IMG/VR virus record: IMGVR_UViG_3300031853_000008
Span: 1 to 64,000 of that record
Length of the DNA: 64,000 nucleotides
Direction: 5' to 3' (one strand)
Origin: a virus
Taxonomy: Duplodnaviria; Heunggongvirae; Uroviricota; Caudoviricetes
A program made the position numbers and the translations under genes. Of the stretch, positions 17,887-26,750 are shown one piece after another (position 1 is the stretch's first letter; each line of letters starts with the position of its first letter). The notes below the pieces were generated by a model. That model did not search any database. It had not been told where the DNA came from and saw only the letters and a program-made list of their open reading frames with translations.

Positions 17887-19922
17887 GCCGTCTTATCCTT
17901 CCTTAAGTCCGACTTGTAAAGATACTGATAATCCAGTATCCAGAGTTCATTAGTGTGTGGAATCGGCACCCAATTACCATTTTCATTGGCTCTTCTCTTC
18001 GGTTTATTCATATAGTTCCCAAGTTTTATCACATCTCCTTCAACAAGAGAATGATTAATAAATTCCTTCTTTGGGACTTTGAATGAATAATACCCAGAGT
18101 TTTTCAGAGAATATGCACTTATGATAGGCGTTGATTTTTTATCATCAACATCTCCGATAACACAAACTCCTGCCGCTTCCGGGTCCGTAACTGTTACGCT
18201 GTGCAGGATCTGCTGCTGATACGATGCCTTGTGAATCGCATCGAAATCCGTCACTTTTATCTTTTCAAGACCAGTTAGCATCCCTAACATATCCATCATC
18301 ATGTATGTGGCGGGAGTTTCTTTACCACAATACTTCTTAATTATATTTTCCCCGACCAGAAGATTTTTTACGCTACTTTTCTTTATTTGTTTTTTGAAGC
18401 GCTTATTTGCGTTATCATAAAGTTGCTCAAATGCTTTCAGTATTCCTAAAAGCTTCCTCGATGTACCGAACTCTGAAAAATAATCAATCTTAACAAGCTG
18501 CTCGATTGTTTTAAGCCCGATCCCAGTATTACTCTTGATAAATAAAATTAACGATGTAAATGTATCCCCATCAAAATCCTTTATCTTATACAATTCATCA
18601 GCTACTGTTTTCCCAAGTCCTTTGATTGCTGACAGGCTGGGGTTGATACAATGTGATTCTTTATCAATCGTAAACTGCCTGTTATCAAGCCGGAACTTAT
18701 AAGCACCTTCGTTTATCCCAAATGCCTTTTTCATTTCTGTCTTAAAGGCTACTACTTTATCTTTATCCCCTTTATCGGTGTACATCTGAAGCATAGTACA
18801 ATAAAACTCATACGGATAATGAGCTTTTGTATAGGCCCCATACACAGAATCATACGCATATGATACAGAGTGTGAGGCGTTAAACGAATACCTTGCGGAG
18901 GCTTCTACAATCGCCCAGGTCTTTTCGAATCCTCTCATAGATCCGACTTGTTTCATCCAACCTTCTGCTAATTTGGACTTAAGCTCTTCAAGTGCCTCTA
19001 GGGTGAATTTCTTTTTCGAAATCTTTTTAATAATGGCATAGGTTTCAGTTTGTGGAATGCCAAGCCATCCAAGATAACCCATTATTGACTCTTGATAAAT
19101 CATAAATTTCATAGAATCTTGTAATAAGTTATCTAATTCTTTTACCCCAGTTGTGTAATATTTTCTCTGAAGAAAAGTACTTAGCTGAGTTTTAAAGCCA
19201 GGGCGGAGTGCAGCGACAAAGGCACTCATCTCTCGCATATTCTTTGGTTTATACTCCATACAGGAATTTCTGCCAAAATCCGACTCACATTGATTAACGC
19301 CGCATGTGTAGCCTTTAGCGTAGATGTCCCAAGTTGCTTGATCACTCTCAACTAGTTCGTTCATCTCGTTAATAGAAGGTGTTGGAATTCCAACTTTCTT
19401 GAATATTTCATTAATGGCTAGCCACACATCAACCTTAAGTAAATCGTTCTTAAGATACTTGTATTTTTCGGCAACCATTCCATCTACAACGGTTGTTAAT
19501 ACATAATTTCCGTCACTGGTGGAACATCTAATAAGACCAATTTCGCTTTTAATATCACCGCCATAAATAAGATATCCACACGGGGCCTGTGACTTCGCGT
19601 TGATAATCTTCTGGTATTTTTTAGATTCGTCCAACATCTTATGATATTGTGGAGAAACATAATCATAGACGCTGATTGAATCCTTATCATCCGCACTAGC
19701 ATGTTTTAATGCTTTTTCATACTTAGCAAGCTGTTTTGTTACATTATTCGATGTTTCAAAATCAAGCCCCTGAGACTTCGCATACAACTTAAAGGCTGAT
19801 GATGCCTGTAACGGTTTATATGAAATCATCGGGTATGAATGCCCAGGAGTTCCATAAGCTTCTGTTAAGATATCATCCTGCGCTTTCGCAAATGGCTCAA
19901 CTGTCCCAAGGTTCATATCAAT
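17883..19922 (-). CDS. dnaE: DNA polymerase III alpha (DnaE-like), exon 2 (palm, fingers and C-terminal region)
   Basis: FNASHSVSYAYDSVYGAYTKAHYP matches the DnaE fingers motif. Begins IDMN.., completing the PDxDxD catalytic motif with exon 1. Confidence 0.7.
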   Translation of the reverse strand: MDMNLGTVEPFAKAQDDILTEAYGTPGHSYPMISYKPLQASSAFKLYAKSQGLDFETSNNVTKQLAKYEKALKHASADDKDSISVYDYVSPQYHKMLDESKKYQKIINAKSQAPCGYLIYGGDIKSEIGLIRCSTSDGNYVLTTVVDGMVAEKYKYLKNDLLKVDVWLAINEIFKKVGIPTPSINEMNELVESDQATWDIYAKGYTCGVNQCESDFGRNSCMEYKPKNMREMSAFVAALRPGFKTQLSTFLQRKYYTTGVKELDNLLQDSMKFMIYQESIMGYLGWLGIPQTETYAIIKKISKKKFTLEALEELKSKLAEGWMKQVGSMRGFEKTWAIVEASARYSFNASHSVSYAYDSVYGAYTKAHYPYEFYCTMLQMYTDKGDKDKVVAFKTEMKKAFGINEGAYKFRLDNRQFTIDKESHCINPSLSAIKGLGKTVADELYKIKDFDGDTFTSLILFIKSNTGIGLKTIEQLVKIDYFSEFGTSRKLLGILKAFEQLYDNANKRFKKQIKKSSVKNLLVGENIIKKYCGKETPATYMMMDMLGMLTGLEKIKVTDFDAIHKASYQQQILHSVTVTDPEAAGVCVIGDVDDKKSTPIISAYSLKNSGYYSFKVPKKEFINHSLVEGDVIKLGNYMNKPKRRANENGNWVPIPHTNELWILDYQYLYKSDLRKDKTA

Positions 19923-20187
19923 CCTTGCTACCCTCGGTTTCCCGATATTTATTAGGGGAGTAGACTATACCATTATCTCAATGAGATACCCATTGGTAGT
20001 CGTTGCAAGCTTTCCATTTAAGGACTATCTCTCAGGATTATCAAATCCTCAATCTTGTTACCATACTGTGGTGATTAGCCACACCGCGCTTCAGTTTCCT
20101 TTGCGTTTGGTAATTGAGGCTCTAATGACTTCCCCTGATATTCTGGGTTATTCAATACGGATCGCTCCGTAAGGCGACTATAAGTTA
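19923..20187 (-). other. group I intron (265 nt, no ORF) in dnaE
   Basis: Begins with TAA directly after exon 1 ...SLPD (last nt U) and ends in G. Contains GACTAC / P8 hairpin / TATAGTCTAC (P7-like). Removal restores SLPD-IDMN. Confidence 0.5.
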
Positions 20188-21498
20188 ATCGGGCAATGAT
20201 CTTGTTTTTAATATACGAACTTCGCTAAGAAAACGATCTGGGTAGAGTTTTACAGGAGATGTAAAACGGTCAACACTAGAAAATCCTAACAAAGAATTAA
20301 TGTAATACGATACCGCACTTCCTCTTCCTGTCTTCGTAATAACCCCGCCGTATTCTTTGCCGCGCTTAACCAACTCATAATCCAATAAGAAATAATCTGA
20401 CATATGAGTATTTATTACAGCGTTTAACTCATACTGAATGCCATCCTCGTATTCCTTCCATCTTGATGGATCAACGTGCTGCTTTTCTTTATCCCATGCA
20501 TCATAAATAATCGACTTTAACTTATTATCTTTCCATTCCTGTGACTTCCCTGGATACAGAGTTGGCAGCTTGATATCTTTCCCAAATGTGATATCATCAA
20601 AAGTTAAGATGATATCCGATGCATCAAGCATTTCATCTATCTCAGCTTCATTAAAAACACCCTGTTCGATTAATCTCTGCTTCGCCGTCTCTCGGTCGGG
20701 GTAATCCATGTACCACCCGACTTCATCCTCGTCATAAGTAAATCCGCGCCCCTCAAGATAATTATCTCTCTCAACGCTATCGGATTCATATATGTAGTGG
20801 CTGTCTAATCCGACAATCCATTTAATTCCATACTTATAATGTAACTCTTTTATGTGTTTATTAATATCTTTCTGTCTGTCTGTATTATGGCACTGGGTTT
20901 CCAAATAGAAACTGTCCCCAAAGTGTTTCCACAGCTTCATCGTAATATCATCAATGTCTTCGTACTGCCAGTACTTCACACAGGCCGTGGTTACCATCAC
21001 ATCTTCCGGCTTCAGTTGCTCTAACAACTCAAGATCAACTCTTGCCTGTCCGTAATATCCAGTGATATTTGCTTCGGAGAGGATACTATTTATCTCTCGC
21101 CGCCCCTGTTCATTCCGGGCCAGTAAGATAATGTGGCAGTTCGCCCTGTCTTTGCGGTACTTGGTTTCCGTGTTCCCCTTCTTATCGGTAACAGTATAAG
21201 GATATTCCTTTTGTCTGTCTTTTACCCAATAAGCTTCTGCTCCAAATACAAATTTTTGTTTTTGTTTATTATATTGTTCTTCCGTAATGTCGCCAATATC
21301 TAATCGAGCCTTAAGCTTTTGATTGAAATCGACGACGCTGTCATAATAAACATAATAGTTTGATTGAAAACCATGCTCTACAGTGCTAACTACTTGGCTT
21401 CCGACCTCAACATTTCTCTGGATGTACTTTTCAGGGGCAGTAGCGCAATCAATTACACAGCAGTTAGAAAACCAACTGTGTTTATGATAATTCTGCAT
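20188..21498 (-). CDS. dnaE: DNA polymerase III alpha (DnaE-like), exon 1 (PHP domain and first palm segment)
   Basis: HKHSWFSNCCVID..VEHG PHP motifs and GRGSAVSYYINS palm segment. Start 21498 with GGAGG RBS. Confidence 0.65.
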
Positions 21499-22261
21499 CC
21501 TCGTCCTCCATCTCTTTGTATAGGCAATCATTTCTAAAAGAACACAACCTATTACACCATAGGAACGATTTCTTAGCGGCAAATTCCTGGTCATTCTCGA
21601 TAAGATTTATTGTTTCAAGCACCCAGTTTTTGGTTTCTTCGCATTCATCTTCTCTATAGGGGATCTCTGTAATTGCTCCCTTATCAAGAAAATGATTCCA
21701 CGCAAGAGATTGTGCAGAAATACCGAATTTCTGTTTGACCCCCATAGCGTAAATGTAAAGTTGCTTTTTGTAATCGTTAAACTGATCAAGTTTACTCTTC
21801 AGCGGGGTGCCGTCTTTCTTTAGAAAATGACCACTACTCTTATGATCCACTATAATAGTCTCACCATTATTTTTATCCTCGATAATTAAATCAACACGCC
21901 CAATTATTTCATTTCCGTTCAGTTCAAACTCAACTGGGATCTCCGTCCCTAAAACTTTAAAATTTGCAAAAAACTTATCGATATCAAGAGTATCCAGGTA
22001 ATCGATAAATTGATCCTGTTTCGCAAGTACTTTTTCGATATCCGTATCTTCCGGGACTTCGGCTAAGAGATTATCAAGAGTATTCTGTTTTGCTTGCTCT
22101 ATTGTTTCTTTCCCAGAAAAAAGCATCTATAATTCATTATGGCAAAAGCTCCCGACAGCAGCCTGAAAGTTCTTTTCCTCGTACTGTTGTTCAACCTTAT
22201 GTAAATAATAGGCATATGGGCATTGTCTGTATTGGCTTAAACTACTGAAAGAATACTGCAT
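21482..22261 (-). CDS. PD-(D/E)XK Cas4/RecB-like exonuclease with in-frame TAG at 22127..22129
   Basis: N-terminus MQYSFSSLSQYRQCPYAY (44 aa, strong AAGGAGG RBS), then TAG followed immediately by ATG, then the D..EDK nuclease core and C-terminal CxxCxxxxxC. The N- and C-terminal Cys form the expected 4-Cys cluster only if TAG is read through. Confidence 0.55.
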
Positions 22262-22283
22262 CTATACCACCTCCTTGTTTTGT

Positions 22284-22312
22284 ATTATACTATATTAATA
22301 TATTCCTGTCAA
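22284..22312 (-). promoter_or_regulatory. sigma70-type promoter TTGACA-N17-TATAAT
   Basis: Exact consensus hexamers on the minus strand, upstream of the Cas4-like gene. Confidence 0.45.
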
Positions 22313-22320
22313 TATAATAT

Positions 22321-22351
22321 AAAAAAAGAGTGAGGATAATTCCCCACTCTT
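22321..22351 (-). terminator. rho-independent terminator after primase-helicase
   Basis: AAGAGTGGGGAATTATCCTCACTCTT hairpin followed by T7. Confidence 0.5.
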
Positions 22352-22462
22352 ATCACCACTATCTTACTGTGTAATATTTCTTCTTTTTCTTAACTCCATA
22401 CTTTATGAACACCCACAAGATAGCAATCTGAAATAAGAAAATTATCCAATCTATTATCTTTC

Positions 22463-24412
22463 TCATGAGAACGGTGTACTCCCCCCTGTACCGGTACTAT
22501 GCTCCGGCATTTTTAATCTGTCTGAATACTGATTCGTATCCCAAGAATAGTTCTTATTGAACTCCGCTTCGTTTGAGTAGAACCTTCTTGATGCTTTGTC
22601 ATAATAAATTCCAAAGTCTAATCCGCTCTCCCCTGTCAAACGGTCTTTGGAAATCTCACAAACAACATTGTATTGTGCCCATTTTGTTTGTTTTTCTTTC
22701 TCGTCATCTGTGACTCTTCTCATCCCGATTACCCTGTGCGCCAAGTTAACGAGATCGCTACTGCCAGATATCCCATACATCCCGATATCAGCACTCATAT
22801 CACCCTGTAAAGGCTTTTTAGGGTGAGTCACCAGTACAATAGCCACGTCATATTTTTTAGCCATAGCCCGGAGAGAGTTCATGAATTTCTTTTGGTTGGA
22901 GTACTTCTCATCTTCTCCTCCACCAAGGTCAATCGTCATAAGAGAATCGAGAATAAGAAGTTTCACTCCAAACTTTCGAATACTCTCTTCCATACTCTCA
23001 AGAACGTCTTTGGCATCAACACTGGCATCATCCCTGTAAAGGTGAATCAAACCTTTGTATTTTGCTCTGATCTGTGACTTAATAAAAGAAGGTACAACAT
23101 AATATGAATTTCCGTCCGCATTCTGTCTTTTCGTAACATTTCGCGGCCCCGCAAAGATATAATTGATCCACCCACTCAAAAATCTCACAGGCAGCTCTTG
23201 CGACATACACCAAGTCTGGATTCCCTCTTCTGCGGCATTGCACAGGAGTTGCGTAAGCAAAGATGATTTACCAGATCCAGGATAGCCAGTAAGTAATGTT
23301 ACCGTCGAATAGAACACCTTTAGAATGACTTTATCTAGTGATGCAATCCCGCTCTTGATTCCATCCATCTTTGAAAGGTCAATGTCATCAATATCAGAAT
23401 AATCCTGTACACTCTTGACAGGAACATCCTTTGCTGTCGTGATAAGATTAAGTACTGCCGTTGGTCCCTGTACTTGGAGAATATCATTCAAATCCTTTGT
23501 CTTATAAGTCTTGCCGTCATTCCCCACGACGCTTGTAGGAACTTCCACATAACGTGTCCGCCATGAGCCAAGCCTATAAATCGTATTTTCCCTTGCTTCG
23601 ATTCCTGGTTTGTCAGAATCAAAACAGATAATGATTTCAGAGAATTCGTTCAAGAAGTCATAATTCTCTTCTATCCACTTCGTGTCCTTGCATCCCATAG
23701 GGATCGAGACGGCATTGTAATACCCCGCTTCGATAGCGGTCATTACCTCGCCTTCCCCCTCCTGTACAAGCAAAGGTTTTTCCGGGTTAACGCGATTCAT
23801 ATTGAAAAGAAGATGGCAAGTGTCCGCCCCCTTCTGGAACCAACACTTCGCTTCTCCCTTTTGTATCGGTCTGGCTGGGCGATACTTCACTACGGAAAGG
23901 ACATCATTCAAATCGTAATATTTCCAAACAGTGTTCCCTCTTCCATCAGACACAATATCGAGATATTCAAGAGTCTCGTCAGAAATCCCTCTGCGATTCC
24001 AGTATTTATGGATACCCTCTATAGAACCATTCTCGTCGTGTGGATACTTATACTGTGTCTTATCTTTAACCCCGCTATAGGAAAACTCGTAAGGAATACC
24101 AGCTTTCTCAAAAAGGAATTTGCATGCGTCTGTGAATGTATGACCCTGTTCAATATAAGCATCTATGATATCTGTATCTCTATCTCCCCCAAAATCTTTA
24201 AAACGATATCTCTTGCGGTCGTATACATATGACGGTGTATCTTCTGTTCTGTAAGGGGAAAGGGCTTTCAGAGATCTCTCATCAAACTTTTCCAAACTCT
24301 GTAACTCAGCAATAACGAATGCATTTTTATCCCCAAGAAGTTCCTTTGCTTCCTTAATCTTATCTGAAAGCTCTTTCCTATCTTCTCCCACTTTACGCTC
24401 CTCATATTGCAT
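22463..24412 (-). CDS. primase-helicase (TOPRIM primase domain + DnaB-like helicase)
   Basis: TOPRIM acidic motifs (EGEGEV..DSDKPG) and Walker A GYPGSGKSS. RBS GGAGG before MQYEERK. Confidence 0.75.
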   Translation of the reverse strand: MQYEERKVGEDRKELSDKIKEAKELLGDKNAFVIAELQSLEKFDERSLKALSPYRTEDTPSYVYDRKRYRFKDFGGDRDTDIIDAYIEQGHTFTDACKFLFEKAGIPYEFSYSGVKDKTQYKYPHDENGSIEGIHKYWNRRGISDETLEYLDIVSDGRGNTVWKYYDLNDVLSVVKYRPARPIQKGEAKCWFQKGADTCHLLFNMNRVNPEKPLLVQEGEGEVMTAIEAGYYNAVSIPMGCKDTKWIEENYDFLNEFSEIIICFDSDKPGIEARENTIYRLGSWRTRYVEVPTSVVGNDGKTYKTKDLNDILQVQGPTAVLNLITTAKDVPVKSVQDYSDIDDIDLSKMDGIKSGIASLDKVILKVFYSTVTLLTGYPGSGKSSLLTQLLCNAAEEGIQTWCMSQELPVRFLSGWINYIFAGPRNVTKRQNADGNSYYVVPSFIKSQIRAKYKGLIHLYRDDASVDAKDVLESMEESIRKFGVKLLILDSLMTIDLGGGEDEKYSNQKKFMNSLRAMAKKYDVAIVLVTHPKKPLQGDMSADIGMYGISGSSDLVNLAHRVIGMRRVTDDEKEKQTKWAQYNVVCEISKDRLTGESGLDFGIYYDKASRRFYSNEAEFNKNYSWDTNQYSDRLKMPEHSTGTGGSTPFS

Positions 24413-24485
24413 TATTTCCTCCACGAAGTACACACAAAATATACTTAGTGGAGGAAATAGATAAGTTACAAAAAACTGTTATTTA

Positions 24486-24923
24486 TTAAGAAAACGGAAG
24501 GTTCTCGTCTGATCCATCCAGCACAGTAAACTCGGATAGGTCAGGTTTGACCGCTTTCTGCTTAGTAGTGGGTCTTGTGGAAGAGTTATCTCCGCTACCC
24601 CCACCATTGCTGCTCTTGCTTTCCACGAATTCCTGTGAATCAACTACCACATCCGTAGTATAGACGGTCTTTCCTTCCTTGTTCTGGTAAGATCCAGTCT
24701 GGATTCTCCCTGTAATGGCAATCTTCATTCCCTTGTGAAGATACTTTTCGGCGAACTCTGCACCTTTACCAAAGACAATACAATTCGGGAAGTCTGCGGT
24801 CGGCTGACCATCCTTCTTGAACTGTCTATCACAGGCAAGCGTATATCTTGCCCAAGTTGCCTGTCCCGTCTGCGGAACTTCCGGATCTCTAGTTAAGCGG
24901 CCGATTAAGATTACTCGATTCAT
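24486..24923 (-). CDS. ssb: single-stranded DNA-binding protein
   Basis: MNRVILIGRLTRDPE OB-fold start and acidic tail ending DENLPFS. Confidence 0.8.
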   Translation of the reverse strand: MNRVILIGRLTRDPEVPQTGQATWARYTLACDRQFKKDGQPTADFPNCIVFGKGAEFAEKYLHKGMKIAITGRIQTGSYQNKEGKTVYTTDVVVDSQEFVESKSSNGGGSGDNSSTRPTTKQKAVKPDLSEFTVLDGSDENLPFS

Positions 24924-24926
24924 AAA

Positions 24927-25568
24927 TTATCCTTTCTTTGCGGGGATTTTTCTAAGCCCCATAAGTTTGGTCTTGACGGATTTAAGCTGGTCTTCATTAT
25001 CACATGACCTATAATTTCCGCCTGTCTCTGCACCAATAATTTCCTCGATGACTTTAAGAAGATCATCATCGGTAAATCCTGATTTTTTCTTTGCGATATA
25101 AATTTTGTCAATTTCCTGGATGTACTTCTGTACATTTGCTGTCGCTTCTGGAATATCTTCGCCTTCGTAAAGATAAAGCCCGATGCCACCACAGCATGCA
25201 CATGCTTTTGCAAGGCAACGCTTAAAAGATTTATTTGCATCGCTTGACGTAATAGCTTCCGCCGCAATCGGTTTGTTCTTATAATCAAGGATAGGCAACG
25301 ATTCTGTCTGTGATACATCATTAATCGTGACCTTAACCTTTACCCAACCAGTGCGGCCGTCATCAAACCAAGGTCTGCTCCGAATCGTATTTCCTTCTGT
25401 ATCGGTCTGAATTACTTGCTCAAGCAATTCATACTTCGCATTTGGAAATCTCTTTTTGACTTCAGCCCAGGAAGCAGCCCACGGGGCATAAGATAGTCCG
25501 TTCTTCTGCTTCACCTTGGCAGACATATCAACGCTGTATAAATCTTTGAAAAAATTTGTTTCTGCCAT
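24927..25568 (-). CDS. Rad52-like single-strand annealing protein (Sak/DUF1071-type)
   Basis: LSYAPWAASWAE ... KACACCGGIGLYLYEGEDIP resembles the Rad52/Sak family. Confidence 0.4.
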   Translation of the reverse strand: MAETNFFKDLYSVDMSAKVKQKNGLSYAPWAASWAEVKKRFPNAKYELLEQVIQTDTEGNTIRSRPWFDDGRTGWVKVKVTINDVSQTESLPILDYKNKPIAAEAITSSDANKSFKRCLAKACACCGGIGLYLYEGEDIPEATANVQKYIQEIDKIYIAKKKSGFTDDDLLKVIEEIIGAETGGNYRSCDNEDQLKSVKTKLMGLRKIPAKKG

Positions 25569-25587
25569 ATATTCACCTCCGAGTATT

Positions 25588-25616
25588 AATATATCTCTTT
25601 AATATACGTTTGTCAA
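25588..25616 (-). promoter_or_regulatory. sigma70-type promoter TTGACA-N17-TATATT
   Basis: Sequence match upstream of the SSAP gene. Confidence 0.4.
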
Positions 25617-25816
25617 TAGTCATCCTCAATAATTATTTCTATGTCACACAAGTTTGATAAATCTTTGTCTTTTCTGTGATCAATCACTTCATAATATGGA
25701 GATATATTTTCATCTTCCCACATAGAGTATAATCTATCGAATAGCTGTGGAATGGAATTAGTGGTAATATACTTGAATTTATTTCCGCTGCTTTCTTTTC
25801 GCACAAGAATCGTCAT
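25613..25816 (-). CDS. hypothetical protein (67 aa)
   Basis: ORF. Confidence 0.4.
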   Translation of the reverse strand: MTILVRKESSGNKFKYITTNSIPQLFDRLYSMWEDENISPYYEVIDHRKDKDLSNLCDIEIIIEDDY

Positions 25817-26043
25817 GTTTCATCATCCTTCATTGAATAGTCACTCCATTTTACGGAAGATGTATTTTCATTCCCCGCATCAGGAGTTGTTGTTTTCAAA
25901 ATACTGATAATCTCACCCTTCATATCTTCGCCACCGATAAAGTATGCCAGATTTAGAATTTCCCGCTCTCTTGCCGCCCTGTCGTTCTTCTGTGCGATTC
26001 CAGCAAGTTTAATAGCTATCTTCAGTTTCTTGAATTTTGTCAT
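25813..26043 (-). CDS. hypothetical protein (76 aa)
   Basis: ORF. Confidence 0.4.
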   Translation of the reverse strand: MTKFKKLKIAIKLAGIAQKNDRAAREREILNLAYFIGGEDMKGEIISILKTTTPDAGNENTSSVKWSDYSMKDDET

Positions 26044-26061
26044 GAGATTCTCCTTATATAG

Positions 26062-26133
26062 TCACCCGGTGGGGATTCGAACCCCAGTCTTGAGGGTTAG
26101 GGCCTCTCGTCTTGACCACTCGACTACCGGGCG
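26062..26133 (-). tRNA. amber suppressor tRNA, anticodon CUA (reads UAG); charged amino acid unknown
   Basis: 72-nt cloverleaf: acceptor CGCCCGG/CCGGGTG, U8A9, D arm GTCG..GAC, T arm TGGGG-TTCGAAT-CCCCA, discriminator A. Anticodon arm GAGG/CCTC with loop CCCTAAC puts CTA at positions 34-36. Position 33 is C rather than U. Confidence 0.6.
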
Positions 26134-26202
26134 CTCTGTCTTTCCAGAGTGTCAAGTTGATTTGTATTTCCAGTTACTGGTTACATATTTGCGTCACAAA
26201 AA

Positions 26203-26463
26203 TTAGAAACGAAGGAAGTCTGTCAGAAGGGCTGGAATAATGCTTAAACTGCTATATCCACCATAATCTGCTTCGTACTTTTCCTTCAGCTTCAAATACT
26301 CGCGTTCCGCATCTTGAACTCTGTCATATGCCTTACGGAGTTCTTCTGCTCGTTCCTTCTTCTTGCTCTTGATTGTGAGAGCATCGGCTTCAGCCACTTT
26401 CGCTTCGTCTTCTGTTCCGTAAAACTTCTGCGTTACATCGCTATAGTATCTCAATGGAATCAC
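26203..26463 (-). CDS. hypothetical protein (86 aa; non-ATG start)
   Basis: ORF with an AGGGG RBS and an ATT/alternative start. Lies between a conserved leader element and the suppressor tRNA. Confidence 0.35.
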   Translation of the reverse strand: MIPLRYYSDVTQKFYGTEDEAKVAEADALTIKSKKKERAEELRKAYDRVQDAEREYLKLKEKYEADYGGYSSLSIIPALLTDFLRF

Positions 26464-26480
26464 CCCTTTCTTTTAGATTT

Positions 26481-26545
26481 CAAGACCCGAAAATGGTTGC
26501 AGATTAACAGTCTGTTCATATTTGTGTTGCTGTTAGGGTCTTAAT
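26481..26545 (-). promoter_or_regulatory. conserved leader element copy L3 (AAGACCC-AACAGCAA..CAGACT..GCAACCATTT..GGGTCTTG)
   Basis: About 65 nt that aligns with L2 (28841..28908) and partly with L1 (58879..58974). Its ends are complementary (AAGACCC / GGGTCTT). Confidence 0.4.
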
Positions 26546-26639
26546 AATTTTTATTATTATTTACAAGGCGCTCATTACTAGATCGGTTACAAGTCGATTG
26601 TAAAGTTGTTTGCTGTATGCGCCTTAATTTCAAGACTCG

Positions 26640-26712
26640 GCTTTGACTTTGAGCTGGGGCCAGATTAGAACTGGCAATCTCTCCGGGGCCACCGAAGCGC
26701 TTTAACCTTTGA
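26640..26712 (-). ncRNA. tRNA-like fragment (D-arm-like GGCTCAAAGGTTAAAGC and T-arm-like CCAG-TTCTAAT-CTGG hairpins) just downstream of rsr
   Basis: GC-rich structured segment. No canonical acceptor pairing could be found. Confidence 0.25.
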
Positions 26713-26750
26713 GCCACCCGGCTAATCATTGCTGTACGGAGTCTTATAGC

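Noticed and set aside
19917-20187. dnaE as a disrupted pseudogene, or two separate polymerase subunits
   Set aside because: The gap obeys group I intron boundary rules (U before, G at the end) and carries P7/P8-like elements, and its removal restores the catalytic aspartate motif. An intein or programmed frameshift is not supported because a stop codon and 265 nt of non-coding sequence intervene.
26640-26712. A fourth complete tRNA gene
   Set aside because: Only D-arm-like and T-arm-like hairpins are present. No acceptor stem pairing could be built. Kept as a low-confidence tRNA-like fragment.
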